Assembly: GCA_964016885.1 (NCBI GenBank)
Contig: OZ024744.1
Coordinates: 60,202,001-60,266,000, forward strand
DNA length: 64,000 nucleotides
Direction: 5' to 3'
Source of the DNA: Eledone cirrhosa
Lineage: Eukaryota
Position numbers and translations under genes: made by a program. Below, in pieces: positions 1 through 13,124 of the stretch (the stretch's first letter is position 1; the number at the start of each line of letters is the position of its first letter). The notes under the pieces are model-generated. The model did no database searches, had not been told where the DNA came from, and saw only the letters and a program-made list of their open reading frames with translations.

Positions 1-1043
1 AAAGCCGACTGATCACATGCAAGAAACCAGCCTCTGTACCACACCATTGTTTGTGCTACATCAAAAATAAACGTATATTTCCTCTCTAATTTCTGCTGTT
101 GAAATCATTATTATGTCACTCGTATCTCAATAACATCTATAACTAATACTGCTAAAGTGGTGACCGACGTAAGAATTTAACGCAGCCCTTCTTTTTCATT
201 CAGTTGAACTTTTATTGCCACGTTGCCGGCCTTTTTCGCAACTTGCGAAGATACAATATATTCCTTTCAAAGTTTTTTTTGAAAAATTAGTAGTATTTCA
301 AAAACTTTTTGCTACACTCGACAACAACAACGACAGCAGCAGCAGCGACAACATTGTTTAACCACTGACCAAAACAGGGAATAGTGAGTGGCAGCTTCAT
401 AGCCTTACCGACGCAAACCACCACACATCGGAAATATCAAAACGATTCATTCGTGTAAATAATTTAAACCAGCCCTTTTTATTCACTTGAATATTTCACT
501 GCCGTTGCCAACTTTTTCGCAACTTACAAAAAAAAAAAAAAGAAAAAAAAGTATTTTTCCAAGGTGGCGTTGCGTTCCTTCCCAGTTTTGTAATTTTCCG
601 ACGAACACATTTTTTGAACACATGACTGATCAAGAGAGAAGAGAAGAAATTTTTTTTTTGTGAACATTACTGCCCCGCATGGGAATATACATGCCTTACC
701 TTTTTCTAAGGGCTTTTTAGCCACTGGCTACCTTTGTTGATATCCAACGTGGATATATTTAAAAAAAACAAACATTTTTTTCTCCTCTTTTTTACCTTAT
801 TTGATTTGGCTGGTTCGTTGAAGCAATGCGAGGGGACAGACGTTGAAGGAAAATTTTTTTTTTAAAGATATATATATATGTATTTTATGTATTTTTCATA
901 TTTCCTAATGTTTTGAATGTCTGTTTCTTTTTGCCCTTTAACTTTTTCTCAATATTGGCTGTTCTCTTTTTACTGTACAAGGGTACATTAATTGTTGTTT
1001 AGATATATATGTATATATATTTTTTTTGATTTTAAACGTTAAC

Positions 1044-1730
1044 ATGAATGTGCCACATTTGCCCGCCTTTACTGGAAAACCTAAGATGTGGTTTGCCCAG
1101 TTACAGGCGTATTTTACGGTCTGTAAGACCGAATCTGACCAGCGCCTCGCTGTACTGATTAGCGGCCTTCCCCCTAATCTAGCAGATTCGGTCCAAGACC
1201 TAATTACAGACCCCCCTTCTGACTTGACGTATGAGTCTTTGAAGGGCGAGATTTTGAGGAGAAATTGTAAGTCGGTAGAGAGTCGTTTTCGGTCGCTGAT
1301 CGAGGTCGAACGATTAGGTGACAGGACCCCTACCGCTTTTCTCCGGCATTTGCGGGATTTGAGCGATTCCGAAGATCAGGATAGCCCTTTCCTGAAGCAA
1401 TTGTTCTTCTCTCGCCTACCTCAAGAGGTACAGGTGATCCTAGCCCATATGCTAGAGGTGAATACCCTGGATCACATTGCTGTCTCTGCTGACAAAATTG
1501 TAGAGGTGACAAATTAATCACCACAATGGAAGCCATGACTCGTCAAATGGCGGAGTTGTGCAAGGAATTCAGGTCCTTTGGACGGCAGAGGAGCCGCTCA
1601 TGATGTTATTCAACTTCTCGCCACCGTAGCCCTTCCAACACACCAGGAACACCATATTGTTATTACCATGAAAGATATGGTAAAAAAGCCGCCCGTTGTA
1701 GGCCTCCTTGTGCTTACGGGGGAAAAGACG
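1044..1730 (+). pseudogene. gag: Gypsy Gag (stop at 1515, frameshifts)
   Basis: LPAF..P.MWFAQLQAYF, LGDRTPTAFLRHLR, FFSRLP; C-terminal CYYHERYG..A.RC..PC knuckle near 1657-1712. Confidence 0.85.
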
Positions 1731-3326
1731 ACCAGAGTCACTAACGGCGGATAGTGCGCTCTGCGAAACAACATCTAACCGCCACTTTTTCATTGAGGAC
1801 CTGCTGTCAGGTAGAGCTTTTCTGGTTGACACAGGTGCAGTTTGTTCCGTATGGCCTGTGTGTTGTATGAAGGAGACTCCCCCTGAGACGCCTATTGAGT
1901 TGCAGGCAGTAAATTGTTCGCCGATTCGAACTTTCGGACAAATCTCGTTACCTTTGCAGTTTCGTAATCTGCGGCGCGAGTTTAAATGGATATTTACTGT
2001 CGCTGCCTTGCCGTATCCGATTCTAGGCGCGGATTTTCTCCACCATTTTTCATTGACGGTGGACCTTCGTCGTAAACGCCTAATTGATGGCATCACGGGA
2101 TTAACTGTTGTTGGCAAGGCAGCAGGAGTTCCAACGGTTAGCCCGACATTTTTTCTTGCTAACACCGGTGATCCTTTCCATGCGTTGTTGAACTCGTTCC
2201 CGCAACTGACTCGGGGAAATTTTCGAGTTGATGAACCTACTCATACCACGGAGCACTTCATATCTACAACTGGTGCTCCCGTTTTCTCTCGTCCTCGTCG
2301 CTTGCCTCCGGACAAACTCAAAGCAGCACGATCAGAGTTTGATCATATGCTGCAAATGGGGATTATTCGTCCGTCCACGAGCCCGTGAGCGTCCCCATTG
2401 CACATGGTACCGAAAGCGAATGGCGATTGGAGACCTACTGGAGATTATCGACGCCTGAATTCGATAACGGTACCGGACCGTTATCCTATCCCTCATCTGC
2501 AGGACTTTGCGTTCGTTGCAGGGATGCAAGATATTCTCCAAACTGGATTTAATTCGTGCGTACCATCAAATTCCTGTCCATAAAAATGACATTCCAAAAA
2601 CGGCTATAGTTACGCCATTTGGGTCATTCGAGTTTTTGACTATGCCGTTCGGATTAAGGAATGCCGCTAGTACTTTTCAGCGGTTTATGGATGAGGTTAC
2701 TCGCGGCCTCGATTTCGTCTATACCTATATTGACGACCTGCTCATTGCTAGTTCTTCTCCAGAGCAGCATACGCACCATTTGAATCTTCTTTTCCGCCGA
2801 TTGGAGGCGTATAACGTGCAGCTTAATGCACCCAAATGTGTTTTTGGTGCTGAGTCACTGACTTTCTTGGGTCACGTCATCGATGCTGACGTTATTCGAC
2901 CCCGGCCTGAGCGAGTTAAGGTCATAGAGGATTTTCCTCCACCGACCTCACTACGTCAGTTACGCCAGTTCTTAGGTCGGGTTAACTTTTATAGGCGTTT
3001 CGTGCCATATTGTGCAAAATTGCTTTTCTCCCTGACAGAAATTTTGAAAAATTGTCGGAGGAAGAACAAAGATATCTCTTTGACAGACACTCAACTTGCT
3101 GATTTTCAGCACGCCAAAACTGTTTTGGCTAATGCTTCGTTACTGACTCACCCGGTACCCGGTGCAAAGCTAACGCTTTGTGTTGATGCATCGGATATCG
3201 CTGTGGGCGCAGTACTACAGCAAACATCAATGGTTACCAGCAACTGCTGGAGTTTTTTTCCAAAAAGCTAAATCCTGCTGAGACGCGCTACAGCACCTTT
3301 GGAAGAGAGCTTTTAGCCATCTATTT
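1730..3326 (+). pseudogene. pol: Gypsy Pol (protease, RT, partial RNase H), frameshifted
   Basis: [60 protein letters not shown]. Confidence 0.93.
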
Positions 3327-4339
3327 GAACCCCTTCTGTCAATAGTAGAATGCGCCTTTTTCAAAACAAGCTAGTAGTTGCGTTTTGGACGCTGGTAGTG
3401 CAACAGCTCTTAACTGGCTTTCCCACTGTTTTAATTTTTCTCTCTCACATTGAGAGTAGTTCATTAGATGGCTTTCAGGGATTTACCATTTATACGTCAA
3501 CTTTGTTTTACCAAATATTACAATCCCTTACGAATGCAACAGTATGATTCACTATACAAAAGAAAAACTGGGAGTAATTTCAGTTTTGATATAGTATAAA
3601 CAAACCAGAGGTTAAACATGAAAACCAGATAAATTAATAACTGAGAGAAAACACTGTGAGAAAATGAACACCCATAAGAAAAATAAAGAGAAAGGTAAAT
3701 AGTAGAAAAGTGTGTTATTACAACACCGTATGTCAAATATATATTTCACCAGATTCAGAAGATGTAAGAGTAAAGCAGTCATAAACTGACATTAACAATA
3801 ACAATGAAGCAACTGCATAAAATGAAATAGAAGATACCTAAGATAAATAAGAGAAGCACTAGGTATAACACATAAAGCTTTGAAATTCAGCAGTAGTTAT
3901 AGTGCCAACCAATAACACAAAAAATAACATCCTCTAGGGATCCTTCACAAATCACTTGGCCTGTTAGAAATAATTACCAAATTTCCCTCAAAGTACACCC
4001 TACCATCTTCAAAAATAGTTTGGATATATTCAATCATATAGTCTTAGACATGCAATATTCAATAAAATAGCTAAAACACTTTTAATTATAGGTCTAGTCA
4101 ATCAGAATTGACCTGGGAGTATACAACAACAAAAAATACCAACACTGAGATTTTCGTCCATGGGTAACAATCAAAATAACAACCTTCAGATGTATCAGTT
4201 CTTATTAAAATTTATTCACAAAAATAAAATATAAACAAACGTATTTATTTCACGAAAGCACAGATGGCTTATCATCATTGTTACTGCCGATATGCCACCC
4301 AAAAAGTCCCACTACTTTTGGCACAAGGCCAGCAATTAC

Positions 4340-4602
4340 ATAGTCAACTGTTCGGAAATCACATGCATCACTGACGAGTTTACTCCTTACTCTACCAGAT
4401 AGTCTTAGTGCACCTCGTCCTGCTTTTAGGTCATGCCTCGAAGGAAGAGATACTCCATTGGCCGAAATACTACGAAAGCGGCAAGAAAAGGAACAAGAGG
4501 GGCAACGAGGTATTCCGTACTTTTCTGTACTGTTTCAGAAAGGAGGGATAAACATGCCAATCTATGTTTAGAATCCCAAGCAACGCCAGGCCATTCTGCT
4601 AG
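4340..4602 (+). mobile_element. Helitron internal-deletion remnant
   Basis: ATG at 4433 gives MPRRKRYSIGRNTT, resembling a RepHel N-terminus. It is joined to the same 3' end as 6120-6194 (imperfect hairpin plus CTAG|T at 4599-4603). Confidence 0.65.
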
Positions 4603-5273
4603 TATTCACTAAAAATACGGTTTAATCCATTAAGGCATTCTGTGTGTCCTTTCTCTTTTAAGGCAGTTGGCTGTGGTTTGAAGTAACTTTGGCAATTATC
4701 TCAAGCTGAATGATCAACTGTGTAAAGGTTTCCACACTAACTTGTTAAACTTGATGTATAAATTTGATGGCTGTCATTGTTGGTGCTGTTTGGCTCCAGG
4801 TAAACACTGACAAAGCATACCAATGATAAAATACATTCCAGCCATGAACTTCCTAGAGAGGGTTTTTTTTCCAGAGATATTGCATCTAGTCCAATGAGCC
4901 TTTTTTCTTAAGTCAATAAGGTGCAATATGAAGGAGCTTAGGCGGCTATTTTGAACAGGTCAAGTAGCTATGTAGATTCTCATTCATAGACTCAATATAT
5001 ATTAAAACCCTGCTCAACTTTATGTTATTTTTTTTATAACATATGTCACCTATTTAACAGCCTCCAGTCTATAAAAGTGAAATTAGAAGCTGTGCAAGCT
5101 AGCTCTTCACAAAAACAAAACACACTACTGGATGATGCATATACTAAGTCTATCAAGAATGTAGGAGACTAGTATATATATTTTTAGGACGAGATACATA
5201 TTTCCCTTCAAAGAATTTTAAGCAAATATTTTCATAAAAGATGTTATAACATCTTTAGACAGATGTTATGACA

Positions 5274-6194
5274 TCTATATATCTAAAACAGAGAATATCT
5301 GTCTGTCTGACTCCCTAAAACTCAAGAAACACCCAACCGAGTTTTTTCAAACTTTACACATGTAATACTTGTAATACAAATTTTCAATGCCCTAGGGACT
5401 GCATTAGGTACCGTTTAGCAATCTCTGTCTTTCTTAGTCTGTCTTTTTAGATAGATACATAGCTACAACGTTGCACTCTTATATATCTGTCAGTATGTCT
5501 GGCTGTCTGCATTATGACATTATGACACTATCTGTGTGTGTGTATATATATGTATATATAGTGTGTGTGTAACGTTTTTCAAAATATTTACTTCTCCTTT
5601 CACAGATTGATTTTTTTAGTTTCAGAAGATATATATATATATTAAAATAACAGATTAAAGTTTAAGCAAAGAATAGCTGCTTTCACCCTTAACAGGTGAA
5701 AGCAGCTATTCTTTGCTTAAACTTTAATCTGTTATTTTAATATATATATATATAATTATATATTCGTGTACAGATATTTTTGCATACACAATAACAAAAT
5801 ATAAACAAACGTATTTATTTCACGAGGCTCAATAAGGATAAATATATATAAAATATGTAAGAACCCTAGAGCAAATATTGTTCTCATTTCTGACGAGGTA
5901 GAAGGGGATATACATGATTGGCTGAAGAAGGACGAGACTGTGTTAGTAGTACGACCAATGGCTGCTATCACACCAACAGCAGCAAAAACAACAACAAAAA
6001 AGAGAAGGAACGCAATTACATGCTTTTGAAAAATCATAATGGAAAATTATTTGCCTATTCACCCAAGGTGACTTCACTTTTTATTAGGACTTCTGCATCA
6101 ATTGGTGAACATACGACGAAACTGTTTCAGAAAGGAGGGATAAACATGCCAATCTATGTTTAGAATCCCGAGCAACGCCGGGGCATTCTGCTAG
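5274..6194 (+). mobile_element. Non-autonomous Helitron (possibly composite)
   Basis: A|TCTATATA start; 3' hairpin CCCGAGCAACGCCGGG then CTAG|T at 6191-6195; 5893-6188 matches 7335-7628 on the opposite strand. Confidence 0.7.
5630..5753. repeat. Perfect inverted repeat, about 58-bp arms and 7-nt spacer, made of Penelope pLTR sequence
   Basis: 5630-5687 is the reverse complement of 5695-5753; the arm matches 38921-38975. Confidence 0.9.
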
Positions 6195-7039
6195 TAGCTA
6201 ACTAAACGAAGGGTCTTTTGTGTTAATTGATTTCTGCTTTAGATAAAATCACTTCACTATGTCCATCAAACTAGGGTGGGCCTTAGTAACACTACTGATT
6301 AGAAAGAAACATAATAAATATGGCATGTTGTGCTAGCCAATCATACTAATGTAACAACATTTCATGCAATTATATAAATATATATGAATTATCTATGTAT
6401 TAGTTTTTGAATAAAATTGAATATTACTGTAGCATCTTTTTAAATGCTTGAAAGGCTGTAGTGAATTTTAATAACTCTACTTGGATAAAAAAAAAAATAG
6501 TACCAGCGTTCATGTGAGAATGGAAACAAGCAATTCGGCAGAAGTCACAGGTCTTATTCATCTCTTTTTACTCTTTGCAATAAAGGAAGAATTCCCCAGT
6601 GCAGGTTTCCAGGTTGCCCAATGGCAAGTGGGTCCCAGGGGGTCCATGATAACATTTCAGGAGCCCATAGTAGCATTGCAGGTGCCCACTGTAGTATTTT
6701 AGGAGCCAATGCTTTGCTTTCAAAAAATACCTGAAATCTGAGAGAAAGAACATTTAAAAAAAAATAAATAAAACAATTAAGCAAATCATTTGGACCAATT
6801 CCCCAGGGAACTAATAGAAACCAAAATATACGATAGTGTAAACTGCTGCACGCACAAATATACACATACACACACACACACGCACACACATATATATATA
6901 CACCCATAACACATACATGCATATATACATACATAAAAAGTATACTTACCTGCACGAACATACAGATAAGGTGTACATACCTACACAATTAAATACTGGT
7001 ATAAATATAAAATATACTTAGCTACCACATTATGACGTA

Positions 7040-9495
7040 TATTATCTGTGTATTGTCTGTACTATCCATTAGGGTATAATGTGGGGCTGTAATACAGGAA
7101 GTTTTTATGCAATTTGTGTTTGAAAGCCAAAATTGCTTCATATTTTTTGTTTAAGATTTGATCATTGGCATAGAGTATTTCCAGGGCTTCAGCAGAGCAA
7201 AGATCACATGGTCTGTTATTTCCATTATACGATCTAGATTTAGCTAGGATCTCCCAGTGAAACCTATATCGGGTGTGGTTGTCTTTTAGACTCCAAATAT
7301 AGGCCGAAAGTGACGTCATATTCCTTCTTAAAGGAATGACCCGGCATTGCTCGGGATTCTAAACATAGATTGGCATATTTATCCCTCCTTTCTGAAACAG
7401 TTTTGTCATATGTTCACCAATTGATGCAGAAGTCCCAATAAAAATTGAAGTCACCTTGGGTGAATAGGCAAATAATTTTCCATTAAGATTTTTCAAAAGC
7501 ATGTAATTGCGTTCCCTCTCCTTTTTGTTGTTGTTTTGGTTGCTGTTGGTGTGATAGCAGCCATTGGTCGTACTACTAATACAGTCTCGTCCTTCTTCAG
7601 CCAATCGTGTATATCCCCTACTACCTCATCTACCTAAAAAATGATTGTAACACCTCCTTGTACACAATGTTCCTTGTTCTTCCGTGTCGGGTATATGCAA
7701 AGAGATTTGTCTTGCTTCCCGCTCTTGAGCAGCCAACGTATAGTTGCCCGTCTGAAAAACATGACTCTTCCAAAAGAAGACCAGCAACAGCTAGGGTCTG
7801 ACCCTGGGATTTGTTGATAGACATTGCAAAGCTGACACGAATTGGAAATTGAAGTCTCCGAAAGGAAAATGAAATGGCCGCTCCTGATGGAATGAGAGGA
7901 ACTCGTGGAATGAATACATCGTCCCCTTGTCCACTTCCTGAAAGAATAGTAGCCTCGATAAGATGGGTCAGCAATTTATTTACAACCAGTCGTGTGCCAT
8001 TGCATAGCTTTGGTGGCTCCAGATTCTGAAGCAGCATTATTGGAATTCCTTTCTTGAGTCATATGTGTGGGCGAAGACCTGGAGGGTCCAATGAGTTCAG
8101 AAATTCGGTGGGATAGTTTACCGTTGGAACTGATCTTAGTGGACAGCCAAATGAAGATATGAGCATGGGGGAGGCCTCTTTTTTGCCACTCTACGGTGTA
8201 CATGTCACACTTAACTGGTCCAAACACTTGTCCTTTCTTGATGAGTTCCATGAGGTTGATTAGTTTCAACCAGAAGACTCAGGCCAGTATGTCGTGTCGG
8301 TCTTTGACCTATTGACCCTGGAAGAGTTCTACCTCAATCTCTTTCCACTTGGGATTGCACATGAAAGTTATGAACAGGTCAGGCCTACCGTAATGCCGTA
8401 CGTAAGTCATAGTATCTTGCGTCCTCTCATGCTTATAGCACAGACTTTCGGTGAAAGTGGACGGGAGGATGCAGAGATATCCTCCGCTGGTGGGGGCTGC
8501 ATCATTGTTGATGGCATCACGGAGATGGATATAGCTCTCAGAATGCTGTTGCCTCTGGTGTGACCATATGAAGCACAACCTGTCCGACTCCATTTTCGCG
8601 CACATATCAATGGCGAATTGCTGAAAGAGGTCTCTTGACTGGAAAATTTTTTGCCTATTCACCCAAGGTGACTTCACTTTTTATTGGGACTTCTGCATCA
8701 ATTGGTGAACATACGACGAAACTGTTTCAGAAAGGAGGGATAAACATGCCAATCTATGTTTAGAATCCCGAGCAACGCCGAGCCATTAGGAAATAGAATG
8801 GGCATGCATGTAAAGACACTGCTTGAATCGATTGGCGGTTAACCTTATGTAGGCCCTACTAGATGTGGGTATGTCGACCTTAGATTTGTAGACAATATTA
8901 CTTGATAGGAATTCCCTGGATAGAGGGCAATCTTTCTGATTCCTACAATTAAGGTTAGTACTAGCTGCTGGGTTGTTAGTGTTACTATGGCTAGGTAATT
9001 TGGCTAAATTTGATGCAGTGATGTTATATGCGAAGTTTGGAGTCATTGAGTAGGATACTTTAACAGTGTTTCTATTAAATATTTTATTATATTTATGTGC
9101 TGAGGGGGAATGCGTCTTAATTAGAGAGAGAACAATTTTAGCTATTGGTGTGGCCACCTCCATATTATATGGTGGATTATACCATATAATATATCGGGAT
9201 CTAATTTTCCTAGGTTTATGCTCATACTTAGTATGTTCTACCTTAGCAACAAATCCACTCTGAGCAAGAGCTTCATTGGAATATGTGGAATGATCTGTGA
9301 AAATATGCTTGTTTGCTGATACACAAGAAAGCCTCAATGACAACATTTCTTACCAGGTTCTTGGTTATGCTAGTTGGATAATTAGAATACTTACTAATGT
9401 AATTTAGTGTATCATTCGGCTTCCTATACGAGTAGTCAACCATTCGACAAGTTGAGTGTTACATCAAGGAAATTTAAAACAGAAAGGTTGGCCTT
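7040..9495 (-). mobile_element. Penelope-like element (RT C-terminus plus GIY-YIG), split by an insertion at 7335-8787
   Basis: IIWYNPPY, NIVYK..V...RAYI.LTANRFKQ (8786-9346) continues as MTSLSAYIWSLK..CDLC (7062-7319); homologous to 36790-37960. Confidence 0.9.
7335..8787 (-). mobile_element. Helitron derivative with Rep and Pif1-helicase fragments and 147-bp terminal inverted repeats
   Basis: YGRPDLFITFMCNPKW, VEWQKRGLPHAH (HUH), LCNGTRL, FAMSINKSQGQTL, GQLYVGCSR; arms 7335-7481 and 8641-8787. Confidence 0.9.
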
Positions 9496-9620
9496 GTATC
9501 CGCAACTGATTCTTTGTTCCTTTATTCTTATACTATATATATATATACACATACACACAAAGTACTGACCAAATAATTTTTGGTGTCAAGGGGTTAAAGG
9601 CATCTGTCAACTCAATTAGT

Positions 9621-9672
<52 letters not shown>

Positions 9673-10179
9673 GACAATTTGATCCCAAGGGGAAACCTGT
9701 TATGTATATATATATATAAATCTATATATATACACATGTACATATTTAAATTTGTGCGTATAGATTTGGAAAATCTGTTGAGATAGGTTTAAGTTTGTTT
9801 TGATTGTCCGGAAGTGTATTCGCTAACATCTTAAAACACGGGAAGACATGTTGGTTGAATATGATACATAATTTGGAGAATCCGTTGAGATAAGTTCAAG
9901 TTTATTATTATTATTCGTATCTCCAAATTTTCCAGTTCGCATGAGATTTGTACATATTTATATATATATGTGTATGTGACATGTATAGATGTATATATAT
10001 ATATATATATACATATGTATATATATATGTATATATGTGTATGTATATGTGATGTGAATGTTAATATTTAAATTTGTGCCATATTTGTGCCATATTTCCT
10101 TCTCATTTCACACTCACCTTGGTAGCATACATATACTGTACGATAACCGCTCCCTTGTGAATATATTATCGAACAGACA

Positions 10180-10375
10180 AGGGGTGGACGGAGGCTCCGT
10201 AAGCTGTAGTGTAGGCAACTGGTCTAGGAGAGCTACCACTCCGAATAAATTGGTGCGGGGTAGAGAAGTCTCCTAAGTCCAGTAAGACAACTTCCCTAGT
10301 GCTGGTGGCACGAATAAAAGCACCCAGTCCATGCTGTAAAGCGGTGATGGTGATAGGAAGGGCATCCAACTGCCG
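10180..10375 (+). repeat. RTE UTR / SINE-like dispersed repeat
   Basis: Reverse-complement match to 28270-28590. Confidence 0.6.
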
Positions 10376-10422
10376 AACACTATGAACACAATGAATGAAT
10401 GCACACATATACGTGCACTCCC

Positions 10423-10449
<27 letters not shown>

Positions 10450-10453
<4 letters not shown>

Positions 10454-11036
10454 CAACCCCCTCAACAATGAGGCCTTTGACACCATTCTCCAGAACATCC
10501 CTGTGTTACAGAAGGACCATAGAATTAACCAAATCCTTCGAACACACGATATCATAAAGAGCAAAAGACAATCTAAGTCAATGAAAAACATCCTAACACA
10601 TGCCAAGGTACTAACAACAAAACTCACAGTAAAATAATGCGATAGACCCAACTGTGGCATATGCATCAACCTAATAGAGGGTTCGGAATTCTATTTCAAA
10701 CAGGGACAACGTTTTATAGTAAAGCACAATTTCACATGCGCATCAGAAAACCTAATATATGTATTAACTTGCTCAGATTGTCGAGAACAATACATAGGCC
10801 AGACCAAAAACAGCCTCCGCCAACGCATGACTGTCCATAGATCCCAAATCAAAATACGGGAATACAGAAAAATACCGCTGAGTGAACACATTGATACCTG
10901 TGCTGCCCCAAATAATCCCAACTTTAGAATCTTTCCCCTCTACAAATTTAAAGATAATGCCACCCACATCCAGCGCATCAACAAGGAATCTCACTTTATT
11001 AACAAATACAGACCCCGTCTAAACACTTCTCCCTAA
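10450..11036 (+). mobile_element. Penelope-like (Neptune-type) GIY-YIG fragment
   Basis: CDRPNCGIC zinc motif, then NLIYVLTCSDCREQYIGQTKNSLRQRMTVHRSQIK ... RINKESHFINKY. Confidence 0.85.
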
Positions 11037-11659
11037 GACGAACCCACAACATACACACGTCCACATACATACCTACATCAGCATACATCCTACATATATT
11101 TCTATCCACAAGTATCCCATACGGCAGGGCCTAATGGATTCCCTTGAAGTACGTACAATCTGGACACACTCACACTCACACACACCTTGGTGTTATGACA
11201 ATACTATATATACATCATTTCACCTCTTTTATTATTGAACATTCACGTGACTTCTACCGACCAATCAAAATTATAGTGCTTATTCACGTGACATTCAACA
11301 ACCAACCAAATCACGAACGCTCTATCTCAAAATTATTTTTGAAAAGCTTTTGAAATGCGCAACCGGTAAAAAACTTAAAACTGACACTGAATACTAACCA
11401 TTACTTATTACTAATTTATACTTATTCCTAATTAAACTATTTTTCACTGGAAAAAATCTGTCAGCATTTTCTTTTCCTTTTTACTAATATATATATATAT
11501 ATATTGAGTGAGTGTGGAAGACCAAAGGTCATTATTGAAAGTCTCTGGATTTCACAAAATACTTTATATATTTTTTTTGGGGGGGGGGGGGGGCGGATTG
11601 CACCGTTTTGTTTCTACTTATGTATTTTTAAAAAATGTTATTTATTCATTGTAAAAATT

Positions 11660-12960
11660 ACGTGGAATAATCCACCATATAATAGAGAAGTGCCACACCA
11701 ATTGCAAAAGTTTTTCCTATATTAATTAGGAAGCATTTCCCTCTAGTACATAAATACCATAAATTCAACAGATATACCTTCAGCCTTGATGTAGTATTCT
11801 TCTACACATCGGTACCTGCACTCCCAGCTGCGGACATACTCACTGAATGTGTCAGTTTCAGCAACCTAGATTGTTTCAGTGTCACCACCACCGACATCCA
11901 CCAGCTCCTATCCTTCATTGTCAACAATGCCTTTTTGGGGGCTTCTTGGGCCAAACCTACCAACAGAATTCTGAACTACTAATGGGATCCAACATATTGG
12001 GTTTACTGGCCATTTCCTATATGAACACAAAGGCTGTGTACTCAGCTCCTGCAATACCTGTGTTTTCAATGTTAGATATGTGGATGATACATTCAAACTC
12101 CAAGGAGAATGCCAACAGGATTTTCGAATATTTCAGCAATGCTGACAATAACATCAGATTTAGCAGAGGACATTCCACTGACTCCAGGTCCCCCACCTGC
12201 TCAACTTCAGACTGGACATCTCTGATAGCAGTGAAATCCACACTGATTTCTACTGCAAAGCGACCATCAGAGACCTGTTTATCCACTACAAATCTACCCT
12301 GACAGCTCTAAAAGAGGGTACATCTTTAATAAAATGGTTTGCATACGCAACCAATGCAGCAGCATTTCGAATAGAGCCACCCATATCAGATGATTCCACA
12401 GGGTCAATGGCTACCCAGCATCCTTTTCCACCCCACAGTGAAACCCAAGACCCATAGACCGGACCAACACAAACAACAGTTGCTTCCTCAAGATCCCACA
12501 TCTCAGCAAGGAAACCACCAATGGCATATGCAACGCCATCATGATAAATGATAAACATTGAATGCCAGCTAAATTATTTATATAAATATACTGAAGTGAA
12601 AACCAAACAGTGAGTGTGTTTTACTATTTTTGGCAATATTAGGACAACATGACCCTGCCTAAATATACCAATATGTATAACTGTTTAATTAAAACTCATA
12701 ACTCTACTAAGGAATGAATAGGATTAACCAATAATACATTTAAAACTAAAAAAATATGCACAATTACCCATTTTGTTATGAAGTTTGAGGTATCATTGTT
12801 GTGCAATATTTAGTTGTTGAAGAAATCCAGTATTCCTTATGAGATGAATAGGACAATTAAGTCAAAAGCCAAAGAATGCAAGGGCAAACAACATCCTTGT
12901 GATTTATGTACCTTGAAAGAATGAACTCCCCAGAAAGAACTTGGAAAGAGGAGCTTCTTG
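11660..12960 (+). mobile_element. Highly degraded Penelope-like fragments
   Basis: WNNPPYN near 11665; RYVDD near 12074; KAK....HPCDLC near 12865-12910. Confidence 0.6.
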
Positions 12961-13124
12961 GAGACATAAAATATTTCAAACTTTCCTCCAAAACTTTATG
13001 AATACTAGTAGTGAATTTGAATATAATTTAATAACAGAGTATACAAGGAGTATACGGAAAATATACTAAGGAAATACGAAAATCAAATATAATAATAGCT
13101 GATGTGTATTTGTCGGGCCCTACC

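Larger units (their letters stand above)
1..3326 (+). mobile_element. Ty3/Gypsy LTR retrotransposon, 3'-truncated inside RNase H; LTR end about 156, degenerate tRNA-Trp PBS 158-171
   Basis: TGGTGACCGACGT after the putative LTR end, then a long leader, gag and PR-RT-RH. Similarity stops abruptly after ETRYSTFGRELLAIY at about 3326. Confidence 0.9.

Noticed and set aside
3330-3570. Minus-strand host exon after a good-looking acceptor (TTTTTCTTTTGTATAG)
   Set aside because: Stops occur early in all three frames, there is no recognisable protein and no partner exons
12765-13005. Minus-strand pseudo-exon ending in GTAATT
   Set aside because: The plus strand reads as a Penelope GIY-YIG C-terminus (HPCDLC)
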